A stretch of 62,947 nt of DNA, filler included, from Olpidium bornovanus S191 (lineage: Eukaryota; Fungi; Olpidiomycota), in NCBI GenBank assembly GCA_017911155.1. It is 32 parts of 32 records of this genome, joined end to end, with 100 filler letters (N's around TTAATTAATTAA, not from the genome) between each part and the next. Parts side by side here need not be neighbours in the genome. Positions count along the whole stretch, not along the records: positions 46,013 to 47,857 come from JAEFCI010011121.1; positions 47,958 to 50,091 come from JAEFCI010004652.1; positions 50,192 to 52,805 come from JAEFCI010009143.1; positions 52,906 to 54,144 come from JAEFCI010007420.1; positions 54,245 to 56,334 come from JAEFCI010002415.1; positions 56,435 to 57,640 come from JAEFCI010013347.1; positions 57,741 to 59,498 come from JAEFCI010010047.1; 25 more parts are not named here. The stretch is one strand, 5' to 3'. Below the pieces are notes generated by a model. The model was not told where the DNA came from and made no database searches. It saw nothing but the letters and a program-made list of their open reading frames with translations. Each line of letters begins with the position of its first letter. Within the stretch, counting starts at the first letter, position 1. The translations under genes and the position numbers were made by a program. Below are positions 46,275 to 58,652 of this stretch, piece by piece.

Positions 46275-47957
46275 GATGGATTCTAGGTGCGGATCGACCA
46301 GGTGCGGCTGCTCCTGGGACCTGTCGAGCTACGAGAAAAAGTCATAATGTACGGACCGCGTGTTACCTGACGTCACCGAATATCGCGACAAAAACGGGCT
46401 AGCATTTATGCAACGCACGATCTTCGTCAGCTTGCCCAGAGTTTGCGATTGCGGTGAGGTTGCCCATGCCTCTGGTTCGTCCGCCAGAAAACTATGCAAG
46501 AGATCTGTGAAGCGGCAAATCTCCTGGAAGAAAGAAGGGACTTCGCAAATTGCCTGCAGGTCATCCGACTCCCGTTCCGACGCCGCCGCCCGCGGCTCAT
46601 CCATTGTGTCTCCTGAGCACGCGGACTTTGCGTTTAATGTTGACATGCAGCCGTCCGTGGACAGCATGATTGGTGAAGCACGTTCACGGCGCTCGCTCTA
46701 CAAGCTGGACTGTGACCCGATTATTTCATTACCAGGGCCAAAACATGGGGTCCACAGGGCATCTCGGTAAAGACCCTCTGCGTAAAGGCCAGATACCCCT
46801 CCCCTCGAGGGAAAACAGTCGTACCGTCGCTGCCGGCGCACCGGCGTACGGAAATGGGGCGACCAGGAGGCAAACGTGGCGCCTCCACCTCACAGCCTTC
46901 CCTTAGTTTCAATGGCCCGCGCCTTCGTGGTGGAAAACAAGCCCGCCTGACGTTCGACGCGCCAAAGAGAGTTCGCCCGTCTGCTGCTGGTCAGGCGCGG
47001 GAGGGGCTGGAATTTTCCGCGGCGCGACGGGATGGAGTGGCGCCGGACGGCCTTTCGGCTGGAGGGTTTGCGCGCGCGCGAGGCACGATCCGCTAACACT
47101 ACAGTGCCTGCGGCCACTCCAGCCCCGTGATCACGTGGCCTGTAGAGTGGCCCTCACACGGTCCACAACACTGGGGAGGGATAAACCCACGCGGCTCCTT
47201 CCATTCCACAAAGGCGCTGTAAGGGGCTCTGGCGTTGGATAGAGGCATGACAACCCCAACCTTGCCTACAAATTCCCGTCCAAGTCCCCTGGTTCAAGCC
47301 CGAAAACGCGCCTGATCCTCGCCCTTCGTCCGCCAAAGTGCCGCCGCTAAAATCCCAAATCGCCGAAAGAGCCGCGCGCGACGAAGCCATGCAACCCGGC
47401 CCTAATTCTTTTCATTTGAACTCTTCGCTTTCATACAGCGGAGCTCCTATTTCCCCCATCCTCGCTCTTTCTCCGCAAATTCTTTTGCTCGCCTTTCACT
47501 TTTACGTCGTTTTACCCGCTTGCGCTGATTTGTTTCAATTGCCTTTCACACTTATCACCACCGCTACGCTTTCCCATGGATATTCCCGCAGTCGCCTTTT
47601 TGGCTAGTTGTAGTCGAGAGGGGTGTTGGTGCGAATCATATCGTGTTCCGTAACCCAAAGCGCGCCCAAACGCAATAACGTAGAGGTATCCTTTTTCAAC
47701 GGCGATGAACTCAAAGAAAAAATTTAAATGGGTCAAACAGAGGGGTTCATTACAGCGGGCCCCGACGCGCACCTGGTGCTCCGTCTCCGACGACCCTTTA
47801 CGGACTCAAGCAAACCGCCTACAAGTAAGATATCGCCACCTTAGTTCTGAACTCATGNNNNNNNNNNNNNNNNNNNNNNNNNNNNNNNNNNNNNNNNNNN
47901 NTTAATTAATTAANNNNNNNNNNNNNNNNNNNNNNNNNNNNNNNNNNNNNNNNNNNN

Positions 47958-48585
47958 CCATGAGTCAGGTTGCCTCAGAGCACGGCGAGCTTGTTTGGCC
48001 AAGATCATATTGATCTCTGCCCCGGGCCACGGCGACAGGAGGTAAGGCCTGTCAGGGGTATCTGTCGTCAAGGTTCAAGCATATTGATATGAGGTATCAC
48101 CACTTTTGCCAATGTGTTGCGGAAGGCGCTATAAAGATCGAACGCGTCATTTTGGCAAAGAATCCGGCAGATATTCTCACTAAACCTCTGGATAAGGTGA
48201 AATTCGTCAAGTTCCGAGGAATCGTTGGGGTAGGACCCGTCAAGACCATGGGCAGAGCCAAACGTAAAACTGCCAGAAGGAAAGGAAGGACCACCCGGAA
48301 GGAAAGGAAAAAGGCATAGATTTCATAGTGTTTTCGGGCGGACATGGGCAATGGCGTGCCCAGTGAGGCGGGGCGTAGGATACAAGGGAGGGGGGGGCTG
48401 AGCCGTAGACGCACTGTGCACACCAGGCCGCGTTACCCCTGCGTAGATTCCTTAGTCGCCGCCATATAAAACACGGCCAGGGGAAACTAGTAAACAGTCG
48501 CCCTAAATACAGTTCTCCTTCCCCTCCCGTTCTGACGGACTCGCGGTGTCCTCTGCGTCTGCGCATTGTTCAGCCTGCTCCAACA
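47958..48585 (+). mobile_element. 3' end of a Ty1/Copia element: RNase H C-terminus, polypurine tract (48384-48397), putative 3' LTR (48399-48585)
   Basis: RFKHIDMRYHH...EGAIKIE...NPADILTKPL..KFVKFRGIVG is the canonical Copia pol end. AAGGGAGGGGGGG directly precedes TG...CCAACA, which contains a TATA-like CATATAAAA. Confidence 0.85.
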
Positions 48586-50271
48586 CAGCGGCCACCCATC
48601 TCCCCCCCCCCCTGCCGCTGCCTTAATTGGTAGTGGATGATAGTTCATAGGCACGTACGGCCTGCCCTTTGCGGGTCCGCCGCGGCTGGTCCGAAAAAGT
48701 GCGATACATCGATGAGGGCGCTGTTGCCCTTGGGGGGGAGCAAAAGCCCCGTTTATGACTTACACCGCTGTTGTGAAGAAAGACGGACAAGCGCCGAGCG
48801 CCGGCGTGGAATTCCGAAACCATTGAGCAAAAATCCAAAGACCGAACCGTAGAGTTCTCAACGGGTGGGCGGAGGTCCCCCCCACCCTGCCCCCAGGTCT
48901 CTCAACGGCTTCTGCCCGGAAAATGGAAGGTTTGAACTTTTCGGCATTCGTGTTTGCTCCGAAAATCTACTTCCCCCTCCTTTCTTTCACATGTAGGTAG
49001 GCAATTTCCGTCAGGGGAATTTCTCTTTCTTTTTTTTTTCCTTGCGATTTTTGCGTTTCCCTCGAGGCTTATTTTCTCCCCGAGCAAGGGCCCTGCTCGC
49101 TCGAAACGCCGCCCCCTTCCTTCCCCCGCCTCCCATCCACTAGGCCCCTTCCCACCCTTCCCCCGTAGATTTTTGTTCCAATACATCATAACCCACACCC
49201 CTCCCTTTCTCATCACCGCCTCGCCCGATGGGGAAAAAGGGGGGGGGGGTTATTTCGGTCCGAAAAAATCCGCTGACCAGACGCAAAGAATTTATGCTGG
49301 TTGCGCGCACACTTCTTCTTTTTATTTCGCCCACGCGAAAACTCTTCCTCCCCGTGTGTGTGCGGGTGCGGGGGCTGGTAACGGTACGGGCCGCCCATCT
49401 CCTGCAAACACCGGCCGCCGGCGTACGTTCTTTTTTTTCTTTTTATTCTCTCTCTCCCTCTCTCTCTTTTTGGTTTTTGACGGCCGCCTGCAGCCGGCGT
49501 ACATCTTCCCTTACATTTTTTTGGAGAGGGTGGCGAACCGGGGGATTCGACTAAGAAAAATTTTGAACCAAAAGAACGCGTGCATCCCGCTGACACCTCC
49601 CCGCATTCCGCCCCGCCACTTCCCGCCCCCGTCCTCTCTCCGATATCCCTTCACAGGCCGTCACCCTTGCCCCTCCGCCGCCGCCGCCCCGCCCCTCGGC
49701 ATCTCGCCTCCAGCACCCCCCCCCCCACCTTCCCGCACCCGCGTTGCCGCGTTTCCGCTTCTCCCGTCGCTCGCCGCTACGCTCAGATGCGGTGTTGGCA
49801 AAGGTCTGCGGCGGCGGTTGGAGCCACGGTGGTGTCCTGGGGAAGTAGCAGTGTCACGGATGAAAACGCCAACAGAAACCAGAAAAAACGCGTTAAAAAA
49901 ATCAAAAAAAACCGAAAAGCACGCGTTGGCGTAAAAAGCATCGCAGAAGCGAAGTTTCGGACAAACATTGGCAACGGCACTCCCGCCTCGTCCCACCGAC
50001 TTTGGGTTTTTACAGTATGCTGACAACTCAAAAACAGACGTTCACTTCGGACATAAATTATACCTCGGGGGCAATCTACACTTTCATGGAANNNNNNNNN
50101 NNNNNNNNNNNNNNNNNNNNNNNNNNNNNNNNNNNTTAATTAATTAANNNNNNNNNNNNNNNNNNNNNNNNNNNNNNNNNNNNNNNNNNNNAAAAAAAAA
50201 AGCCCCCCAAAAACCCAACCCCCCGCGCCCCCGCCCCCCCCCCCCCCCCGCCCCCCCGCCCGGGGGCGGCG

Positions 50272-50329
<58 letters not shown>

Positions 50330-52913
50330 GTTTTTGCGTTGCGGACGCTGCAGTCCCAGCCGTCCTTTGGCCCCTTTTTGAAATTGAAATGCACCAACAG
50401 AAATGTCAAAACTCAGCACGCGGGCATCAGCACCCAAGCTGCTCGCTCTCGAGAACGCTCCCGAGCGTCTTTTCAGCCAGACCAACGACGAATGTTTCTG
50501 AACGTAGAAAAGAAATCGGAAACTGGAGTATGTGACACCGTCTTTGCACCCCGAGAAATTGAATTTATTCGCCAATTGTGCAAGTCGGGTCTCCGAACAA
50601 CTCAAATTGTTGGAGGCTAGGGGCGTAAGTAAGGGAATGGCGAAAAAACACTCGCCGAGCCGCCCGAGCCGCCACCTTTCTGAAAAACAAGTTGCAGAAC
50701 GGAAAAAAGAGTTAGGAGTAGTGCATCCGAGACTCCCCAAGTGGTGAGATAACGTCGTAAACATTGTCGCTGTCGTCGTCAGAAAACAGGAAGGGCGTAA
50801 CAAGGCGGAGCGAAGTGTGGTTTGTTTTGGTTTGGTGAAGGTGAAATCCCCTCTGAAATCTTATCCGCTGCCTCTCCCTTGGGCTTCTCCGGCTCGACAT
50901 TCGCAAAGGCCGATGACACAAGAACCGCCTTCTTCCTCCCTGCGCTGATGCTCCTGCTCCAAAGCTTCGCCCCCGTGTCTGGGCAGGCTCTTTGCCGGGC
51001 CGCTCCCGCCAATAGCCCGAAGCGCGTGCGCAATGCCCACGCAGCCTTCCTGCACGTCACCGACTCCCAGTAAGCGTTGCCCCTCCCCCCCCCCCCACCC
51101 CAGCGGACAACGTTCAAGCCGACTTCCCGCCTCCGTCTACCCCGGAGCGCACGCGCCCTCGTCGCCCCGTCGGCGGCAGGCCACGGCCCCCCTTTGGCAG
51201 CTCTTACCCCGTTTCCAAAATATTTGACCGGAGCGCCAGGACAAATTTTATCTCCCAGGAAGTACGATTTCGTCTTCGTGCCACCGGTTTCGAAATGCGC
51301 CCGACAGCGCGCTTGACACTGGGAACCGCGGAGCGGCGAAAGTGCGCCCGCCTGCATCTAACGTTAACGGCACCGGCGAGGATTTTCTGCAAAAGCATAT
51401 CATCCGGCGTGGCAGAAGCGGCGACGCAAAAAGGTGGAAGTTAAAGCTGGTGGGACGGCGGTGTGCAAGCACAGCATGTTTGTCGTCATTGTCGTCATCA
51501 TCGGAGTCAAGTGTCGGCGTGGCAGGGAGCGGTATCGCCGGTTTTGCTTGTCTGACAGTTTACGTACAGCCGGATATGCGGACACATCGGCCGCACTGTC
51601 GTGATCGTGCTTGGGGACAACGACTTCAACTGTGTACTCCACGCCAGGTGTCACATCGTCCGCTATCGTACCATTCGTCGCTGAAGCATAACGCCCCAAA
51701 GGCATCCGGACCCGGCCGTGCGCTGTCTTCCTTCCGCGTGTCGCGCCTGTAAAGTATTCACGGTCGTCTTGGTATTCGCGGCCGTGAACGCAAGCCCAGC
51801 CAGGCTTTTCCAGGTCTTTCCCGGTCCGTTTCTCATTTCTGTTCGCAAACGTGACGCGGCGCAGATTTCCGAACGTCAGCCTCTGCCTCGCCCCCGACAA
51901 GTAGCAAACACGGTCGTCCCGCGTGAGGCAGCATGACGTCCGCGCCGTTCGGAAACGCGGCCAGCACCCGCTGCGCAGCAACCGCGCGTCCAGAAAGTTT
52001 GAGCTCGTCCAGTGCAGTCAAGATGGATGATCGCGGGGTGTGTGCCCGCGCCGTCGTAGGGAAAGAAGAGGCGCCGAACACCGAGGATTCGCGTTCCAAA
52101 ACTTCGGGGGAAATCCAAAACACAGGGACGGAATTTCAAACGCGGGGAAAATCCGGGCGACGCGTTGCTAGGGTAAATAATCCGCTTCTCATCCTTTTCG
52201 CGTTGCCACCCGCACGCGTCGCAGACCCCCCCCCCCCCGAATAAGGAAGACTCCCTGCGCGCCCGGAGAGTCCACGGCGCCCCGAAAACACCTCACGGCG
52301 CAAAGAGCCCCACAAAGCGAACGTATAGAGGACGTAGGGCAAGAGAACGAGGAAATACATTTGGCGACAGTCAGGAGAGGCGATCGGAAAGTTCGATCGG
52401 ACGGGAGAGCAGGAACGAACAGTGGAGTTGGGCATTTGGGTTTTAGAATTTGGAATCATTGTAATGGAGCTCGGGAACCCTTCACAAAGGTCCAGCGCCG
52501 CCTGTCCGGAACTGCCTACTGTTCTCTCCACTAAGGCGCGGAACCGAGCTCGCGAAATTGCGGAGCTCGTCGACGTCGGCAGCCCTGGAAAAGAGCCAGC
52601 GTGAAGCGGAGCTCGTTGGCGTTGGCGCGGAGCGGAAAAGGCCGTGCAAAGCGGAATTCGACGACGGCGCAAGGTTAACAAAAAAAAAAGGCTGCGCGGA
52701 GCGGAGCTCGTTTTCGCACGGAGCGGAGCTCGGAAGACTCGGAGGAGAAAAAAAAAGAGGAGGCTGCTAGGTGTTTGGTGACGCGGGCGCCGTTGGGCGC
52801 GCATGNNNNNNNNNNNNNNNNNNNNNNNNNNNNNNNNNNNNNNNNNNNNTTAATTAATTAANNNNNNNNNNNNNNNNNNNNNNNNNNNNNNNNNNNNNNN
52901 NNNNNCGGAATAT

Positions 52914-54144
52914 TGTGGAATATTTCTGAGCCTGATGCCAGTACTGTAGGATATGATACGTGCAGCGCATATAGCTGATCGGAACCCCCTAATGTTTCCT
53001 TCTCCCTCGCGGAAATTACCATGTACAGCATAACGCCTCAGCGCGAGTAAACCCAAAAGGTTATGAGCCCGACCAGACTCTGCCGGCCGGCACCGCAGCC
53101 CCCTCGACGCTTCTTGCCTTCGGCCCCATCGGTCTTGACTTCGGCCCTCCGCCGCCGCGCCGCTCTTCACCGCCGCGCAACCGCCGCGGCGCCTCTCCCG
53201 CAGCGCCGCTCTCCGCTCTCCGCCGCAGCGCCATTCCCGCCATCGGCGCCGCGCTCCACCGCATCGCCGCTCTCCGCCGCAGCGCCGCCGTCGCCTTTTC
53301 CGCCGCCGCTCCGCCGCCGCGCCGCCGCCACCATCGCCGCCGCTGCGCTTCTCCGCAGCGCCGCTCTCCGCCGCGCCGCTCTCCGCCGCGCCGCTCTCCG
53401 CCGCGCCTTCGCCGACCACCGCCGCCGCCGCCGTCACCAAACACCACAGCGCAGCTCTTCTCCGCCTCTCTCACCTTTTGCGAACCGGAGAACATGCCCA
53501 AGGACCCAAAGGCAACTGCCTCCCGGGACACATCAGAGCCAGGACCTGGGGCTATCTTCTCGGGAAAGCGTTTTCAAGTTCACTTTTCTGAGGGCACACC
53601 AACACCTACAACTGCTGACCCGGTGGACCCCTTCACCAGCAGAATACCTGCCACGCCAGAAGATCAATTCGAAATACTTGAAGCTCGTATGAGAAACCTC
53701 ATGCGGGTAAATGAGCGGAAAGAACGGCGAATCTGGGAATTGGAGTCAGGATCGCTACAGCCGGGCAGACCGAACGAGTCAACACACGTCACTCGACAAA
53801 CTTCACTCGGACTTGCCGACGACACGTCACTTACGGCCTCCCACCGTGACTCCCTACGCTGCTTTTTCAGAAATCACCAAGTACGATGGCAAGAGTGGTG
53901 CCCTGAGGTTGCGTTCGTTCATCCATAAAATGGACACGTACTTCAGAATCACCCGTACCTCTCTGGATATCCAGCTAATCATAGCTCAAAACAAGCTGGT
54001 TTGCGCACGTGGGTGGGGAGATTTCCTGGCCACAACTGAAACGTCTACTCGAGCAGCACTTTGGCCAGGAGTATGAGGCCCTTGACACAAACCGGAGACT
54101 TCGCTCCCTCAAGCAAACAGGGACTGTCCAGGCATACACCATGC
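52914..54144 (+). mobile_element. 5' end of an LTR retroelement: LTR-like segment, PBS GGTTATGAGCCC (53059-53070), GC-rich leader with a 15-nt repeat x3 (53358-53402), frameshifted gag from ATG 53494
   Basis: The PBS is complementary to the initiator tRNA-Met anticodon arm (GGGCUCAUAACC). Gag: KYDGKSGALRLRSFIHKMDTYF...WPQLKRLLEQHFGQEYEALDTNRRLRSLKQTGTVQAYT. Confidence 0.85.
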
Positions 54145-54986
54145 NNNNNNNNNNNNNNNNNNNNNNNNNNNNNNNNNNNNNNNNNNNNTTAATTAATTAA
54201 NNNNNNNNNNNNNNNNNNNNNNNNNNNNNNNNNNNNNNNNNNNNACTGGCTTAGCTAGTTCCGGACTCCATCCTGCGCTGCGGGCCGAAAATATGAGGGG
54301 AAAGGGACCCGCCCTTTTTGCCCCCTAAACGTTTTCGTACGGCGTTGTCGGTTTGGCTTTGCATGGGCTGGAACACCAGCGCGGCGGCGGCGGGTCTCTG
54401 GGGCGCCCCGCCGAAGGACGTTGACCGGTCTCTGTGGGGCATTCTTGACCGGAAAGGGAAGGCGGGGGTGATGTTGCCCGGCGGGGGTGGGCGTGCGAGA
54501 GAGAGTTAAAATGCGAGAGAGTGCGAGAGTGCGTGCGGGGGAGCCGGCAAAAAAAAAAAAAAAAAAAAAAAAAGACGGCTGTGAGTTTTGTTTTTCTTGT
54601 TATTTTTTTCTTCTTCTGGCCCTGCGGCGCCTTCGGGCCGGAGAATCGGCGAGGAAAATGGGAAAACAGGGAAAAAAGGGAAAGGGAAAAAAAAGGAGGG
54701 GAAGAACGGAAGGGCAAACGGAGGGGAAGAAAAGGGAAAGAGGGAAAGGGCCTTACGGAAGGAGGGGGGCGGGCCGGGGGTTGGCTTTGGGGAGAAGGGG
54801 GTTGGGGTTTGTGTCCGACGGGGCTCTGAAGTGATTATTTACCCTGCGGGGAACGACGGTCTCACTAGCTTGGTGTGCGTTCCCGTCGCACTCACACTGG
54901 ATGTATACAAAAGGCGTTGTTGAACCGGACAACAACACCGCCCCACCGAGCTTCCCATCCACATCCACTACACGAAAACACCGCGC

Positions 54987-55116
54987 GACTCTCTCCCGCG
55001 CGACTCTCTCCCGCGCGGCTCTCTCCCGCGCCACTCTCCGCGCGCACATCTCTCCCGCGCGCGCAAACCCGTCGAGCGCATCTTCCCTCTCTCCCGCGCA
55101 GACCTCTCTCCCGCGC
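54987..55116. repeat. 15-nt tandem repeat (GACTCTCTCCCGCGC) x3 plus degenerate copies, upstream of an ORF
   Basis: Counted directly. Confidence 0.9.
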
Positions 55117-55150
55117 GCAACCCGACTTGGCGTCGAGCGCATCTTCAACC

Positions 55151-55729
55151 ATGTCCACAGCACCCCCGACCGCTTCTACACCAGCCCGTATACCCCCCTC
55201 CGCGGAGGTGGAGCTCCTTCAGGCAAAACTTCGTATCGCTGAGCTAGAGAAAGAGAAGCTAGAACTGGAGCTGAGGGTGACCAAACGAGTCGCGGTCTGG
55301 GACGACTACGACGACGTTGATAACCTCTTCACTGGAAACCTCGAGAAGACCAACACCACGGTCATAGAGAGACTCGTTCTAAGCGACTCTGAGTCCGAGG
55401 ATGAGGGTGACCCGACGGTCGGCGACGCCCTCCCCGAGCTGTTGGCCTTCGTTCTCCCGGACGGACCACTCAACACTGTCCTCTCGGAGGAGTTGCAGGA
55501 GCGCCTTGTCCGCCGCCGACGACGCTACGCTGGGCTTGACGCTACGCTGGGCTTTCTCGGAAGGTTTCCCTGCGGCTCCCCGAGGCCCTTTTCAACGACA
55601 ACACTGCCCTGTTTTGAGAAGGTACGAACAGCCTCGGGGTGCCAACGCTGCCGATGGCACCGAGCTCCCACCGAACGCCCGGGACCCCGGCCTACGGGAG
55701 ACCCGCAGCTGCGAGGCTGGCTTCGTTGA
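55151..55729 (+). pseudogene. Intronless ORF of unknown function (short coiled coil plus acidic patch), possibly frameshifted or element-borne
   Basis: MSTAPP...VELLQAKLRIAELEKEKLELELRV...LSDSESEDEG. Plausible coding may continue in another frame towards 55901. It is flanked by tandem repeats and an LTR. Confidence 0.4.
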
Positions 55730-55842
55730 CTGCAACTACACCCCGATAAGCATCGACGCAGGGACGATGGGTTGCCTGACAGCCGGTTGTCGTATCCTGA
55801 TAGAGACGCAGGAAGTCCTAGACAAAGCTAAAGTGATGCGAG

Positions 55843-55949
55843 AAAAGTTTAAAGCGACGTCAAAAGAAAGTTTAAACCGATGTCAAAAAAGTTTAAAGTG
55901 ATCTCAAGAAAGTTTAAAGTGACGTCATAAAAGTTTAAAGCGACCTCAA
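55843..55949. repeat. ~21-nt imperfect tandem repeat x5 (AAAAGTTTAAAGYGAYSTCAA; KFK-x-x-S-K heptads if translated)
   Basis: Counted directly. There are no unique spacers between units. Confidence 0.9.
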
Positions 55950-55994
55950 AAAAGTTAAAATGCAGAAAGGTTAAATTGTGACAAAGGCTAAATT

Positions 55995-56185
55995 TGTTGA
56001 GCGTTGTGTGCACGCGCAATGCGTTGCCAAACATGTATTATATAGTTTTATTTCCTTTTTCTCGTTTGAATCTCGGGCGGTTAGTTGGAACCCCACAATG
56101 TTATACGCTGTACTTTACGCGTTCTCTCTTTCTGAATATACCGCCACCGCGGCGAAACACAAAAAAACCAACAGGTTATGAGCCC
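55995..56185 (+). mobile_element. 5' LTR (55995-56173, TGTTG...CAACA) plus Copia-type PBS GGTTATGAGCCC (56174-56185)
   Basis: Perfect 5-nt terminal inverted repeats immediately followed by the tRNAi-Met half-molecule PBS. Confidence 0.85.
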
Positions 56186-56233
56186 AAAGGGACTCTGACG
56201 CGTCGCCGCTCACCGGCGCTCGCTCCCTCCGTC

Positions 56234-56334
<101 letters not shown>

Positions 56335-56914
56335 NNNNNNNNNNNNNNNNNNNNNNNNNNNNNNNNNNNNNNNNNNNNTTAATTAATTAANNNNNNNNNN
56401 NNNNNNNNNNNNNNNNNNNNNNNNNNNNNNNNNNCCCCCCCCCACCCCATCCCATCCCGTCCCGTCCGCTTTGCCATCCCGCCCAGCGCAGGCCCCCGGC
56501 GGCCACACGTTCCCGGGGAGCTGTCCCGCCCCGCGGGTCGGACGTTTGTTCCTCCGCCGCGCCGGCCGCCCGGACGTAAAAGCGGGCTGGTTTGCCCTGC
56601 GAGTTTCCCGCCGGGAAAAGGGGCACGACCCGTCCCTCGCCGGCCCCCGGGCGGCGTCTCGGAACGGGCGCCCGCCCCGCCGTCCGCCGCCGCCCGCGGA
56701 CCAACCCTGTCTTTGCGTCGGCTTTGGCGAGGAATGTCGCTGCGGAGCGCGTGTGGCCCCCCCCCCTCCCGCCTCTTCCTTCCACCTCCACCCATCTTCC
56801 TCTTTAACGCTGCGCCGCCATTCCTGCTGACTTTGGTGGTTTGTTTTTTTATTTTTTGCATGCTTTTGCCAACGGGCATCCTAAGACCCCCGGGAGTCGC
56901 CGTCCGCATTTGCA

Positions 56915-57497
56915 ATGGCCAAGTCAAAGAGTATGTCTTTTTTTGGCGCTTCCCGCGGTTGTGCTTCCCGTGTTCCTCCAGCCTATCTTTAGATTGGCCA
57001 CACCGCGCCTTTCGCTGACGCATTGCCCAAAACCCCCCTTTTCTTACTTTTTTGCAGACCACACCAACCATAACCAAAGTGCGCTGTCGATCCGTCCTTT
57101 GCGCACGCGGTGCACGGCGGCCGAGATCTGCGGCTCCATTCCGTTATTTTTCTGACCGCCACTCGTCGCCTTCTCTCAGACCGGAAGGCCCACCGCAACG
57201 GCATCAAGAAGCCGAGGACACACCGCTACCCCTCGCTGGTTCGTTTTGTCTAAACCGGCCTGATGCGATTTGCCCGCGACCGCGTCCTCAACGTTTTCTT
57301 TGCTGAATCCGACCACCAGAAAGGCGTCGACCCGAAGTTCCTCCGGAACCAGCGGTACGCCAAGAAGGTTAGTTCTTGCCTTTTTGTTCTCGTGGCGTTC
57401 CGGTTGTCGTTCCCGCCCGTGACTCCCGTTATACGCTATGCCGCAACATCTACAGGGAACGCAGGCCGCGCTCAGGGCGGCAAAGGCGGAGAAATAG
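56915..57497 (+). CDS. RPL29: 60S ribosomal protein eL29, complete, 5 exons: 56915-56930, 57058-57078, 57180-57238, 57320-57367, 57456-57497
   Basis: Missed by the ORF track. The spliced product is [61 protein letters not shown]. Confidence 0.97.
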
Positions 57498-57759
57498 ATT
57501 CCCTGTGAAATGTGTTAATCCGGCGGCTTTCAACGACGTAACAAGACTTCCACTTCTCCAAAATGAAGCTGTTTTGGGGAATTTGAGATCAGGATCTCGG
57601 GGCGAGGGGGGGTGGAGGGTGGAGGAATGGTGTGCCATGANNNNNNNNNNNNNNNNNNNNNNNNNNNNNNNNNNNNNNNNNNNNTTAATTAATTAANNNN
57701 NNNNNNNNNNNNNNNNNNNNNNNNNNNNNNNNNNNNNNNNCATGAAACCAAGGACTAAC

Positions 57760-58652
57760 CTTCGAACCCGACCAGCTCGATCTGACGTTACGGCGAGGGG
57801 GCGTTCGCAAAGAGGAAAAATAAAGAGGGAGAGAGAAAGAAAGAGAAGATGCGTGACAGAAGAGGACGTCACCGCCCGAGAAGTTAACCAATAAAAATCT
57901 GAATAAAACGACAGGCGTTTCTTTCTTTTTCCTTTTCAGGCCTAAATCTCACTTTCCAGTTTTTGCGGAAACGTTAACAGGGTCCGGGAAAGAAAGAGCG
58001 GCCAAGCACAAAAATCGAGCAAAGATGACAATGATGATGATAGTCACCCCCCCCCCTCCCCACTACCCCAGATCCCCACGCAAATTCAGCCAATTCCGGG
58101 GGGGGGGGGGGGGGGGGGGGGGGGACGGAAAGAATGCCCCGGAACCGAGGGGTTCCGGAACCGGGCTCACACCTGTATTTTCGAGATCTTTAGGTTGCGC
58201 GACATGCACAGGAGCTCCAGGCGGCCGCGGACTTTTCCGCCGGCGACGTGCACGGCGGAATTGAGGTGGAGCTCGGAGCGGGCGCGCGGGTGGCGGGCGA
58301 TGACGTCCGGACCGGCCATTTCCGGGACGTACGTCGTCATGATGCTGTCGCCGTCACCGTCGTCGTCGCCGCCGCCCTCGCCGCCGCACAGCGTCGAGAG
58401 CCGGGCGGACCCGGCGTCGCCGGACGCGGACGCCGTGCGGAGGAGGAGATCCGGCGAAGATCGCGACGGAGTCCCGCGCAAGCGCTCCGCCGAGACGACC
58501 GACGACGAACTCGCCGGCCGGGGCGGCTCCCACGGGTGTTGCTGCTGCTGCTGCTGCTGCCGCAGCCACCGGCGCCGCCGTTCGTCCTCCGCGGCCGCCA
58601 GCGGGTTTTCCCGCCATGGGCTGCCATTTCTTGCGGTGTGGGCGGCGGCCAT
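57760..58652 (-). CDS. Arrestin-fold protein, N-terminal part (exons 58652-58173, 57781-57760)
   Basis: HPRARSELHLNSAVHVAGGKVRGRLEL...LKISKIQ|IELVGFE matches arrestin-N strands (AGG.V.G.L; I...L.GFE). Confidence 0.7.

Noticed and set aside
52770-52783. 14-nt inverted match (GGTGTTTGGTGACG) to 53432-53445 across a spacer
   Set aside because: Multiple 14-nt matches are expected by chance in 63 kb, and the contigs are not adjacent.
50320-52805. Several protein-like minus-strand segments (e.g. GVEYTVEVVVP; YFLVLLPYVLYTFALWG)
   Set aside because: Probably exons of a real gene, but no phase-consistent model or family could be established.
55843-55949. 21-nt repeats as a CRISPR array
   Set aside because: The units are head-to-tail with no unique spacers, there are no cas genes, and the context is eukaryotic.
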